Shown here: positions 8,464 to 17,452 of the stretch, piece after piece
Layout of the letters: each line of letters starts with the position of its first letter
Numbering within the stretch: the first letter of the stretch is position 1
DNA from: an uncultured Chloroflexia bacterium
Lineage (GTDB): Bacteria; Chloroflexota; Ktedonobacteria; Ktedonobacterales; JADMIN01
DNA: 32,000 bases
NCBI GenBank assembly: GCA_963718915.1
Contig: CAVRAI010000013.1
Coordinates: forward strand, 300,001 to 332,000
Direction: 5' to 3'
The notes under the pieces: generated by a model
What the model was told of the DNA's origin: nothing
Seen by the model: the letters and a program-made list of their open reading frames with translations, nothing else
The model's database searches: none
Position numbers and translations under genes: made by a program

Positions 8464-9738
8464 TTAATTTGCTTCCGTGGATGCGCCTATGCGTCGGCGC
8501 AGCAGCGGCTCGCGAACCGCCGATGCATCGAGCCTGCTCGCGCCGAGAAACCTCACGAACCGCGCAAACCCACGCGCCAACGCATCCGCAAATGCTTCAT
8601 CGCTGCCGAACGCCTCATCCTCCAACCATAACCCCAGGATGACAAACGTGTTGGTTGTCCGATCCAGTTTGCTGTCGAACCGCGCAACAAGACGGTCACC
8701 CCACAAGACTGGCAACGTGTAATAGCCGAACTTCCGCTGGTGCTCCGGCTTGTAGACCTCCCACACGTAGTCGAAATCGAACAGCGCCTTGGCTCGCCCA
8801 CGCGCGCTGACCGGATCGAGTGGCGCGAGGAAGACCACCTCGTCTGTCGTGCTGGTCTCTAAAGGCGTCCACGCCTGCGGCACGCGCCCTGCGCTCAGAT
8901 CGTGCAGTATCTCGGCGTCGCTCTCCAGCGCGTAGTACAGAGCTTTTCCCTTCCAGCCTTCCACCTGCACCGCGATGATCTCACCTTCAGCCAGCATCGA
9001 CCCGAGCATGCGCTTCGCAGCGCGATCCGGCTCGCCGCGCCCGTGAAAGGACTCTGCCATCCGGTTCAGCCTCGCCAGGCCATAGAAGCCGACTTCCTTC
9101 TTGACCAGGAAGCGATCCGCCTCGGCCTCCTCGCTCTCGCGGATGAGATGCGCAGGCGCGACATTTTCCGTAAGCGCGTAGACACGCTCGAAGCGTTCGC
9201 GGTGGTGTGTCATGACCTCGCCGATGCGCCACAAATAATACAGGGCTAATGCGCTATCCTTGCGGCCGCGATAACTCTGGGTGCGTTTCCGGCTCGCCAT
9301 TGCGAAGTCGCGGTTGCTCACAGCGCCGCGCTCGCGCAAGATGGCCCGCATCTCAATGATGGCCTCGGCGTGCTCACGGGCCATGCGGTGAATGCGAGGG
9401 TCGCCAGACTCGCCATCGCGCTCACGACGCATAACCACCCGCCAGTTTGGCAGCTCATCCATCGGTCGGACGGCCAGCCACCCTCCCCAGTCGAAGAATT
9501 TGCGCTGCTGGTAGGCGAGTTCTTCCCACAGCCCAGGCGTGTAGCCGAGTACGCGGCTGTGGAGCATGATGTCCTGGCTGCGCGCAATGATCTGCAGCGG
9601 GTCGAGTTGCAGATACCCCATCGCGCGCATGGCCTGCTCGGCGCCCTCGATACCACGCCACCGCCGTCCGGGCCACAATCCCTGCTTGCCGAGGATGAAG
9701 CGGCGGGCAGTCTCGCTACCGATGGTGATGGTCAGCAT
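8464..9738 (-). CDS. Winged-helix DNA glycosylase, AlkZ/YcaQ-like (HTH_42/DUF1006 family)
   Basis: The C-terminal block KFGYYTLPVLWGDRLVARFDSKLDRTTNTFVILGLWLE and the N-terminal ARRFILGKQGLW..GYLQLDPL are YcaQ/AlkZ-like. I prefer the ATG at 9738 (MLTITIG..) over the ORF maximum at 9873. Confidence 0.7.
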   Translation of the reverse strand: MLTITIGSETARRFILGKQGLWPGRRWRGIEGAEQAMRAMGYLQLDPLQIIARSQDIMLHSRVLGYTPGLWEELAYQQRKFFDWGGWLAVRPMDELPNWRVVMRRERDGESGDPRIHRMAREHAEAIIEMRAILRERGAVSNRDFAMASRKRTQSYRGRKDSALALYYLWRIGEVMTHHRERFERVYALTENVAPAHLIRESEEAEADRFLVKKEVGFYGLARLNRMAESFHGRGEPDRAAKRMLGSMLAEGEIIAVQVEGWKGKALYYALESDAEILHDLSAGRVPQAWTPLETSTTDEVVFLAPLDPVSARGRAKALFDFDYVWEVYKPEHQRKFGYYTLPVLWGDRLVARFDSKLDRTTNTFVILGLWLEDEAFGSDEAFADALARGFARFVRFLGASRLDASAVREPLLRRRIGASTEAN

Positions 9739-9979
9739 AGTGGTAATGGCCTCATAATGTGCTATTATAGCAGGACGACAGTGCGCAGGCGTTGAGGCCA
9801 GAGCGTCTCTCATACTCACGCCACGTGTCCACGACAGCTCGCCTCCTGACGAACATGTGAGAACTCTCATCAATTATTCATGAAATCTCAACCTGTCCGC
9901 GGCTATGATCGATAATGTCTTGCCCCTCGTTGTATGGATATCGCAATCGCTATCGCTGCATGAAGAAGGATAGCTCGCA

Positions 9980-10432
9980 ATGAAGAAACTGCTGGTTTCC
10001 GCAGCCATCATTGGAGTGTTTGCTCTCTACATTCTTACTTTTGGCCGCACCTCTACTTCTTCAACATCATCTCCCCTCCAGAGCGGCTCCTCAATCGCTG
10101 GTTCACCTACCTCGCCTGCAAGCACAGGTAAGGCGCCACCCGGCTCGCAGTACAAAAATGGCAACTATACTGGTGGCTCAGCTGATGCGCAATGGGGCAT
10201 GGTACAAGTCCAGGCAATCGTTCAGAACGGTCGGCTCACCGATGTGAAGTTCCTGGAATACCCCAATGAACGTAGTCGCTCGGTAGAAATCAACTCCTAC
10301 GCAATCCCACAGTTAACGACGGAAGCGATTCAGGCTCAAAATGCTCAAGTTGATATCGTTACTGGCGCGACTGACACAAGCATTGCCTTTATGCAATCGC
10401 TAAGCGATGCCCTCACGCAGGCGCAGGCATAG
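9980..10432 (+). CDS. Secreted or membrane-anchored FMN-binding domain protein (predicted flavinylation substrate)
   Basis: N-terminal signal anchor MKKLLVSAAIIGVFALYILTF, a Ser/Thr/Pro-rich linker, and an FMN_bind-type C-terminal motif VDIVTGATDTS. Confidence 0.8.
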   Translation: MKKLLVSAAIIGVFALYILTFGRTSTSSTSSPLQSGSSIAGSPTSPASTGKAPPGSQYKNGNYTGGSADAQWGMVQVQAIVQNGRLTDVKFLEYPNERSRSVEINSYAIPQLTTEAIQAQNAQVDIVTGATDTSIAFMQSLSDALTQAQA

Positions 10433-10440
10433 AGGCGCCC

Positions 10441-11211
10441 ATGAGCCTACCAATGAGACCCGCGCTGAAACAAATCCGCCTTGTCATGGGTATGCCCATC
10501 ACCGTCGAGATCGCGGAACCTGGCGCCAACCCAGATACGCTTGATACCCTCTTCGCCTATTTCGCGCAGGTAGATGAGACCTTCAGCACCTACAAGGATA
10601 CCAGCGAGATCTCGCGCATCAATCGCGGCGAACTGGACCATCACCAGTATAGCGACGATGTGGCGTTGGTCTTCGCCCTGGGTGAACAAACCAGACTGGA
10701 GACCGATGGCTACTTCAACATCTGGCGAAACGGGCAGTGCGATCCCTCTGGCCTCGTGAAAGGCTGGGCCGTCCACAACGCTGAGGCCCTCCTGCGAGCA
10801 TTTGGACATCGCAACTATTTCATCGACGCTGGTGGTGACATCGCGATTTCGGGGCTCAAAGATGGCCGCGCGTGGCGTGTTGGCATTCGTAATCCATTCA
10901 ATCGCGCCGAGATTGTCAAAGTACTTGCGCTCATCGATCTGGGAATCGCAACGTCTGGGACCGCGATTCGCGGACAACATATCTACGACCCCCATCAGCT
11001 CGATGCGGAACTCACAGAGGTGCTCAGTCTAACGGTCATTGGCCCCAATGTGTGCGAAGCGGACCGCTTTGCCACAGCTGCGTTCGCAATGGGTCGGCGC
11101 GGCATAACGTTTATCGAGCGTTTACCAGGCTTTGAGGGCTATATGATCGATGCGCAGGCGCAGGCGACCTTCACCAGTGGATTTGAAAGGCATATCCGTG
11201 ACCCATGTTGA
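10441..11211 (+). CDS. apbE: FAD:protein FMN transferase (ApbE family)
   Basis: 256 aa with ApbE-like blocks (VDETFSTYKDTSEISRIN, GLVKGWA, IDAGGDI, IATSGTAIRGQHIYDP). Confidence 0.85.
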   Translation: MSLPMRPALKQIRLVMGMPITVEIAEPGANPDTLDTLFAYFAQVDETFSTYKDTSEISRINRGELDHHQYSDDVALVFALGEQTRLETDGYFNIWRNGQCDPSGLVKGWAVHNAEALLRAFGHRNYFIDAGGDIAISGLKDGRAWRVGIRNPFNRAEIVKVLALIDLGIATSGTAIRGQHIYDPHQLDAELTEVLSLTVIGPNVCEADRFATAAFAMGRRGITFIERLPGFEGYMIDAQAQATFTSGFERHIRDPC

Positions 11212-12725
11212 AAGCGATTGATGCGCTACTCGACCGCGTCACGATGTATCGCCTCACCGTCTACGTGCTGCTTGGCTTGCTCGTCACTGCGGCGGCGCTG
11301 GCAGCTCTCGGTGCGCTTCCTTTTTCGCCCATCGCATTAATGACCTCTGCCGCACTGTTGATCGCTATGTGCTGGGCCGCCAATACTATCCTCTCCCGCA
11401 TCTTCGCGGTTCCCACCAATGTGGAGTCCTCACTCATTACCGCCCTGATCCTGGCGCTCGTCATTGACCCAATACGGTCGCCCGCTGATGTGGCGTTTTT
11501 AGGCTGGGCGGCCATCTTTGCTATGGCCTCGAAGTATCTTCTCTCCCTGAAGAACCGCCATATCTTCAATCCCGCAGCAGTTGCGGTCGTGATCACCGCC
11601 ATCGGCCTTGGCGACACCGCGAGCTGGTGGGTGGCCACTGCAACCATGCTGCCCATAACCATCCTTGGTGGTTGGCTCATCGTGCACAAGCTCGGCGTCG
11701 AAAACATGGTTGTATGGTTTCTCGCCGCCGCGCTGGCGACGGCCAGTATCATAAGTCTCGTTGATCGTAGTCCGCTGATATCCGCCGCCCAGCAACTGCT
11801 TACGGCGTCTCCGCTCTTCTTTGTGGGCGCCATTATGCTGACGGAGCCACTCACGGCGCCGCCCACCCGCGACCTCAAACGGCTCTACGGCATTGTACTT
11901 GGCGCCCTCATGGTACCCCAGATACACCTCGGCTCACTCTACCTCGCGCCTGAGCAGGCGATCATCATGGCAAATGTGGTCGCCTACCTGATGAATCCAA
12001 AGCCACGATTCATGCTCCAGATCAAGCGCAAGACTCGGCTCTCGCCAGATATCATGGACTTTGCGTTTATCCCCTCGGCCAAGGTGGCTTTTCAACCAGG
12101 ACAGTATCTCGAATGCACGCTGGATCATACTTCGGCAGATAGCCGGGGTAATCGGCGCTTTTTCACCATCGCCTCCTCGCCCACAGAAAACGTCATTCAC
12201 CTGGGCGTGCGATTCTATCCCAAAGGCAGCAGCTATAAACGAGCGTTGCAGGGCCTGGGTGCACGGGGCACCCTCCAGGGTACCCAAATCGCTGGCGATT
12301 TTACCCTACCATCTGACTCCACGCGCAAGTTGGTGTTCATTGCTGGAGGAATTGGCATTACACCCTTTCGTAGCATGCTCAAGTACCTGGCAGATACCCA
12401 TCAGCGGCGCGATATTGTCGTCCTCTACACGAGCAAAACTCCAGCGGATTTTGTATACCGCGACGTGCTGACTGACGCGGAGGCCAGGGTGGGCGCCAGG
12501 GTCATCTATACGCTGACCGACGTAACCAATGTGCCACGCAACTGGACGGGAGGCGTCGGGCGTATTGACGAGCACATGATTCAGCGCATGATACCAGATT
12601 TTCAGCAACGCACATTCTATCTCTCGGGGCCACCTGAAATGGTACACGCGCACGAAAACGCACTACGGCGGCTCGGCGTTCCCGCCCGACAGCTGAAGAA
12701 AGACTCATTTGCTGGCCTGGTCTAG
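11205..12725 (+). CDS. Membrane oxidoreductase: NqrB/RnfD-like polytopic domain fused to an FNR-like FAD/NAD(P)-binding domain
   Basis: The N-terminal 270 aa or so are multi-TM and include HIFNPAA. The C-terminal half has FNR-family motifs RFFTIASSP (FAD), FIAGGIGITPFRSML (NAD(P)) and YLSGPPEMV. The start overlaps the apbE stop (ATGTTGA). Confidence 0.75.
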   Translation: MLKAIDALLDRVTMYRLTVYVLLGLLVTAAALAALGALPFSPIALMTSAALLIAMCWAANTILSRIFAVPTNVESSLITALILALVIDPIRSPADVAFLGWAAIFAMASKYLLSLKNRHIFNPAAVAVVITAIGLGDTASWWVATATMLPITILGGWLIVHKLGVENMVVWFLAAALATASIISLVDRSPLISAAQQLLTASPLFFVGAIMLTEPLTAPPTRDLKRLYGIVLGALMVPQIHLGSLYLAPEQAIIMANVVAYLMNPKPRFMLQIKRKTRLSPDIMDFAFIPSAKVAFQPGQYLECTLDHTSADSRGNRRFFTIASSPTENVIHLGVRFYPKGSSYKRALQGLGARGTLQGTQIAGDFTLPSDSTRKLVFIAGGIGITPFRSMLKYLADTHQRRDIVVLYTSKTPADFVYRDVLTDAEARVGARVIYTLTDVTNVPRNWTGGVGRIDEHMIQRMIPDFQQRTFYLSGPPEMVHAHENALRRLGVPARQLKKDSFAGLV

Positions 12726-12730
12726 AGCGT

Positions 12731-13959
12731 GTTATGAACTAGTGCCGCATCAGGCAACCTTTGCGCGCTTTGAAACAGTACGAAGTGCTTCGTCGTCTGT
12801 GTGTCGGTTCCGCCAGGCAGTGTAACGGCGGATCATCGAGTTCTGCTCCTCATGGGAGCGGTGGTCAGTGCCGTTGAGGGCGAAGTAGCGCAGAGCGGTA
12901 AAGTGACACTCGATCCGGTTCAGGAAGCTGGCATTGGTCGGCACGTAGGCCAATTCCAGGTTGTTGGCCTACGCCCACTCCCCGACCAGGGTGTCTTTCT
13001 TGGTCGACAAGTGAGGGCCGTATTTGTCCATGACGATGGCGATGCTCACCTCGGGCGGCTACAGGCTGCGCGGATAGCGGCAGAACTCCAGGAACTTGGT
13101 CCGGTTCTTCGTCGTCCTCACATGCCCATAGAGACGGTCTCGGTTCATGTCCAACGCCCCGTACAGGCGCCGGGCTTCCACGGTGCGCGTGTAGGTGGCC
13201 CGCTGCCCTCGCCGCCTCGGGGCATCGGTAGGACCCTGGTTGTTGCGCCGAACGACCGGCGCCCACTGGCGACCCGGGCGTGGCTGCAAGTTGAGCGGGC
13301 CGAACTCGTCCATGGAGAACACCACCGTCGGGTCCCCCGGGCCGGGAGTCGCCTTCCCCTCGGCGATGTCGTACAGCTCCACCACCCGGTTCTTCTTCAC
13401 CTCGAAGTCCGGGGCGGTCGAAGCCTTCCAGGTCTTTACAGCCTGAAAGGACACCTCCTCGTCACGAAGCAGAACCCGGAGTCCCTCATGGGAGATGTCA
13501 TCGACCACCCCCTCCGTCACCAGAAACTCCGCCAACTTCGACAGGCTCCAGGTCGAAAACGGTAGACCGTGATCGCCCGGGCGGGACAAAGCAACCTTCT
13601 TGATCTCCCGACGCTGCGGCAAGCTGAACGTCGGTGGGCGGCCACCGGCGTACTTCGGGTACAGCGAATCGAAACCATCGGCGTTGAAGTTGTTGATCAC
13701 CTCCCGCACCCGGTCAGCGCTGGTGAACGTCACCTTGGCGATGCTGGCCACGGCCATGCCCTGCACCGACAGCAGCACCAGCAGCGCCATCTGAGCCCGC
13801 CGCCAGGTCACTACCGAACCGGAAGAGCGGCGCACGATCCGCAACAGTCGGTTCCCCTCCACCGCGGACACCTCCCGAACCCGCAGACCCTCCCGAGCCA
13901 TCACCACCCCCTGATCCGACGCCGACGCGCACGCGCATAAGATGCGCGACCAATACAAC
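12731..13959 (-). mobile_element. Decayed IS630-family insertion sequence (boundaries tentative)
   Basis: It contains the IS630-type transposase pseudogene. The candidate degenerate terminal inverted repeats are GTTATGAACTAGTGCCGCATC (12731-12751) and GATGCGCGACCAATACAAC (13941-13959), with about 12 of 19 matches, which is weak. The size of about 1.2 kb fits IS630. Confidence 0.5.
12750..13901 (-). pseudogene. IS630-family DDE transposase, disrupted by two TAG codons and two 1-nt indels
   Basis: MAREGLRVREV..GGRPPTFSLPQRREIKK..FSMDEFGPLNLQP.. is intact from ATG 13901 to TAG 13059-13061 (RSL*PPEVSIAIVMDK). Homology then continues in another frame (GPHLSTKKDTLVGEWA*ANN, with a TAG at 12970-12972). 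It returns to the first frame at 12953 (LELAYVPTNASFLNRIECHFTALRYFALNGTDH..). Confidence 0.85.
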
Positions 13960-14104
13960 CAAGTGGTGGACCTACAGGGCCAACGGCGCCTGACGGAGCA
14001 CCGTCGACATGTACGACAGGATCTCGCCCACGACCAGCCAAGGCCGACATCACAATTGATCCCGATATCAACAGCCAGCCGACTACGACCTCGAAGGCTC
14101 GCGA

Positions 14105-14992
14105 TCAGCCATGGGTATCCAGATGGGTACCCGGCCGCTTGCCCTCGCGATCGAGCGCTGTTCGGATCTGGCTGAGCCACTCTGTGCCCAACTGGCGCCC
14201 ATTGGGGAGTTGGTCGCCTCGCTCCCAGCGCCACGTGGTGATCATCGCCAGCATGAGGATCCGGCACTCGCGCAGCACGTCTTGATTGACACCCGGATAG
14301 TGCTCGCTGACTTCCTCGGGCGCATGGGCGAGGTCGAATTCGACCGGACCACGGCAACATGTCTCGAGGTCTATGAAGAGCAGCCCGTTCTTCGTGGTGA
14401 GCACGTTGCCCGGGTGCGGCTCACCGTGCAGTAGCTGCTCAGCGGCGCCACGGTCGCCGATCACTCGTCGCAGGCTGCGTAGCGTGTCGCCGAGGATCTC
14501 CCGGTCCGCGTCGGCGAGCGCAGGCGTCTGGTCGCGGCTCGCAACGAGTTGTTGAGCCTGCTCCACTCGATCCGTGAAGTGCGGCGTAGGGGTATTGAGC
14601 TTGCGCATGCCAGCATGCAACCGCTCGAGCGCACTGGCGTAGTCGGCTGGTGAGATCTCTTGAGGTGTCGCAGGTTCGTAGTAGGTCCACAGCGTGACCA
14701 CGAAGCCATCACGCTCATAGACACGGGGGTCCACGCGACGCTCAAGAGCAGCCACAGGGCACCCGGATTCGGCGAGCCGCTGAGCAAGCTCGACTTCGAA
14801 CTGTGCGCCCTGAAGCTCTCTAGGCGCCACCCGCGCCAGCCGTGCCACCCGGGCAAGCACGTCACACGGCAGCAGACGCAGCGTGAGCTTGTTCGAGTCA
14901 TGAAGAACGATCGCGTCGTCGACTGTGAGATCAAGGGATGAGGCGATCGACATGGCCGCAGCCATCGCACGCGGGACCTCTGACGCCTGCAT
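14105..14992 (-). CDS. Aminoglycoside/antibiotic phosphotransferase-family kinase (APH fold)
   Basis: It has the catalytic-loop block LLHGEPHPGNVL and the metal-binding block LLFIDLETCCRGPVEFDLA. I prefer the ATG at 14992 (MQASEVPR..) over the ORF maximum at 15127. Confidence 0.8.
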   Translation of the reverse strand: MQASEVPRAMAAAMSIASSLDLTVDDAIVLHDSNKLTLRLLPCDVLARVARLARVAPRELQGAQFEVELAQRLAESGCPVAALERRVDPRVYERDGFVVTLWTYYEPATPQEISPADYASALERLHAGMRKLNTPTPHFTDRVEQAQQLVASRDQTPALADADREILGDTLRSLRRVIGDRGAAEQLLHGEPHPGNVLTTKNGLLFIDLETCCRGPVEFDLAHAPEEVSEHYPGVNQDVLRECRILMLAMITTWRWERGDQLPNGRQLGTEWLSQIRTALDREGKRPGTHLDTHG

Positions 14993-15181
14993 TGTCGCCT
15001 GACCCCTCTCCCTTGAGCGCTGCCGTACGCTCCACGCGGTGCAACCTGGGCAGCATACCACGTTGTCGAGAGAGAACCGCGGTAGCGCGACGGCCTGGGC
15101 GCGACTGAATCGGCGATCTGCCCCCACCCCGGCTGCTCAGCCGATAACCGTCAAACAACGCGAACAATTCCGGTCGCGGCA

Positions 15182-15346
15182 CTAGCAAGGCGGGAATGAG
15201 TCGATGTGGCATCAGGCAGGCAAAATTCACACCGTGCAAGCCCGCCAGGCTCAACGCAACCGCTCATAGTCACGGGCCAGCCGCAAGGGGCAGGCCAGCC
15301 AGACGAAACTGCGCTCGACCACCCAGCGGCAGGGCAGGAGCTCATA
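15182..15346 (-). pseudogene. IS5-family transposase, C-terminal remnant with a frameshift
   Basis: YELLPCRWVVERSFVWLACPLRLARDYERL is followed, after a 1-nt shift, by VALSLAGLHGVNFACLMPHRLI. This matches only the last 55 aa or so of IS5-type transposases (RWVVERTFAWL..DYERL..LAGLH..). No N-terminal part is present. Confidence 0.6.
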
Positions 15347-15876
15347 ACAGCCTCTAGTCAGCGCCTGGACGAGTTCAGCACAACAGGTCAGCAGAGATAG
15401 ACTGAATGATGTATTGCAGATACCGCAGCAGAGTAAATACACTCAAAGGTATTCGTAATTCCCACAAGCTGTGCAGAGCTCGACCGTGATTCAACGGTCT
15501 CAGCACAAGGACTCCGATGAACGCTGATGATCGGTGGCTGGGTGGCTGTCGATCTCCTCATTTCTCAGGAGACGAGACAGAATTGCATCGGGAGATGTGA
15601 CCGTCATCCCTCCATCGCTCAAGAGGAGGGATTGCAAACTGAGGAGGGTCACCGCGCCGCCATCAGCGCTGTCCGGGAGCGTTGCCGATGGTTATGCAAC
15701 TGGTTGTGTTCTCAGGTTCCCACTCATCCAACCCTATTGCACTGCGGGAGGCTAGCTGAGTACCCAAGTGGGGCCAGACCCGTCAGCGCACCAGCAGCCA
15801 GAAGCGGAAAGGAGATGGCCATTTCTCCCCATGCCTGAATAGACCACACGGCAGGGGGCCTCCTGGCCGAGAATCC

Positions 15877-17205
15877 ATGAGTAGCTCGAGGGAATTGACT
15901 GAGCGCGACGTGTCGCCCGATGGACGGGCAACCCTGATGGGCACGCATCTTCACGGTCGGACGCTTACTCTCGCCCGCGTAGTGTGGTTTACGGTGATGT
16001 TCCTGGTCGTTGCTGTCTTTGTCATGGGTCTACCCGAGACGATCCGACAGGCTCAAGCGCTGCGGCCCGAGACGGTCACTGGCTTGGGACTCCTGGGGCT
16101 TACCCCGAGCTTCAATGCAATCTATATCTGCACATTGGATTCACTCACCTTGCTGGGATTTGTTCTGTTCGCTTCGCTGATCTTCTGGCGACGACCCGAC
16201 GACTGGATGATCATGTTCGTCGGTCTCACCTTGTTGCTCTCAGGCATGCTCTACACCGCTCCTCCCTTCGAGGCGGGCGTCCCTGTCCTCTTACTAGCTC
16301 TCCTCGCCGGATTTGCCGAAATTAGCCAGATTGCCTTCGTCTTTCTCTTCCCCGACGGGCGGTTTTTCCCCCGGTGGGGATGGCTCTTGCTCCTTCCACT
16401 GCTGGTGTGGCGTCCAGCGATATGGGGTCTGATCTACCTCCCGCACTTTCTGACGTTACAGGCACAGGGGAAGGCCAGCGGTGAAGATTTCTACTACATC
16501 CCACAAGACATTAGGGATCTCGTGCTATTTCTCTCCATCCTCGTCGTCGGCATCGTCGCCCAGGTCTATCGCTATCGTCGGCACTCCACGCCTATCCAGC
16601 GGCAGCAGACGAAATGGCTGGTGCTTGGCGTTGGCATTACGGTCACCATCGTAGGGGCATACGTGCTAGCCATCAACCTGATCGACGCGCCACAGGCCGG
16701 CGGCGTTGCCCTGATCGTGCGCCTCCTCAGTCGAAGTGTCAACCACGCAGCCTTGTTATGCCTGCCGATTGCGCTCACGTTCTCTATCCTCCACTACCGG
16801 CTTTGGGATATCGACACGCTCATCAATCGCGCACTCGTCTACGGCACGCTTACTGGCCTGCTGGCGCTCTTTTACGTGGGAAGTGTCGTAGTGATCCAGT
16901 CGATAATCCATGCGATTACAGGCTATGAGCGGCCACCAGCCTTCCTGCTCGTTGCCTCGACCCTGGCGACCGCCGCGCTCTTTCAGCCGCTACGCCACCG
17001 CATCCAGCAGGGTATCGATCAGCGCTTCTATCGGCACAAGTTCGATGCGGCTCGCACGCTCGAGGCCTTCACAGCCTCCTTGCGACATGAGATGGATCTG
17101 AACGAGTTGAGCGAGCGGCTTGTGACTGTGGTCGAGGAGACAATGGAGCCTGAGCAGATCTCTCTCTGGCTGGCTCCGCACGATGCGCCCCAGGACAAAC
17201 CCTAG
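15877..17205 (+). CDS. Polytopic membrane protein of unknown function with a conserved cytoplasmic C-terminal segment
   Basis: 442 aa with about 8-9 hydrophobic spans. The C-terminal soluble tail is QPLRHRIQQGIDQRFYRHKFDAARTLEAFTASLRHEMDLNELSERL. No catalytic domain is recognisable. Confidence 0.7.
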   Translation: MSSSRELTERDVSPDGRATLMGTHLHGRTLTLARVVWFTVMFLVVAVFVMGLPETIRQAQALRPETVTGLGLLGLTPSFNAIYICTLDSLTLLGFVLFASLIFWRRPDDWMIMFVGLTLLLSGMLYTAPPFEAGVPVLLLALLAGFAEISQIAFVFLFPDGRFFPRWGWLLLLPLLVWRPAIWGLIYLPHFLTLQAQGKASGEDFYYIPQDIRDLVLFLSILVVGIVAQVYRYRRHSTPIQRQQTKWLVLGVGITVTIVGAYVLAINLIDAPQAGGVALIVRLLSRSVNHAALLCLPIALTFSILHYRLWDIDTLINRALVYGTLTGLLALFYVGSVVVIQSIIHAITGYERPPAFLLVASTLATAALFQPLRHRIQQGIDQRFYRHKFDAARTLEAFTASLRHEMDLNELSERLVTVVEETMEPEQISLWLAPHDAPQDKP

Positions 17206-17452
17206 CGCGATCATCGAGACATCTGACCGCAGGTATGCGCCTTGTCGGTCAAACTTAGTCTCCGCTCATTTTCCGCCCACATGATGACGTGACCCAGAAG
17301 ACCCGCTAGAATGCCCCTCTGCATGTGATGGCGTAAAGTATGTGTATGGTACAAGTATATGTATGTTAGATGCATATCACGCACGAGCGACAGATTGGCT
17401 CGTGCGCATCCTCACCGGTTGACCACGCAACACTCCACGCCATGACTGACAC

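Noticed and set aside
12970-13061. Two TAG codons in the IS630 transposase as possible stop-codon recoding
   Set aside because: They are accompanied by two indels in the same gene. No recoding machinery or signal is visible. Plain pseudogenisation explains everything.
12731-13959. Clean IS630 terminal inverted repeats with a TA target-site duplication
   Set aside because: Only a weak match of about 12/19 between the putative ends, and no flanking TA duplication. The boundaries are kept as tentative only.
13902-14360. 153-codon N-terminal extension of the transposase ORF (ORF-track start at 14360)
   Set aside because: Homology to IS630 transposases begins at MAREGLRV (ATG 13901). The extension is Arg/Cys/Trp-rich and overlaps the 3' end of the APH gene on the same strand.
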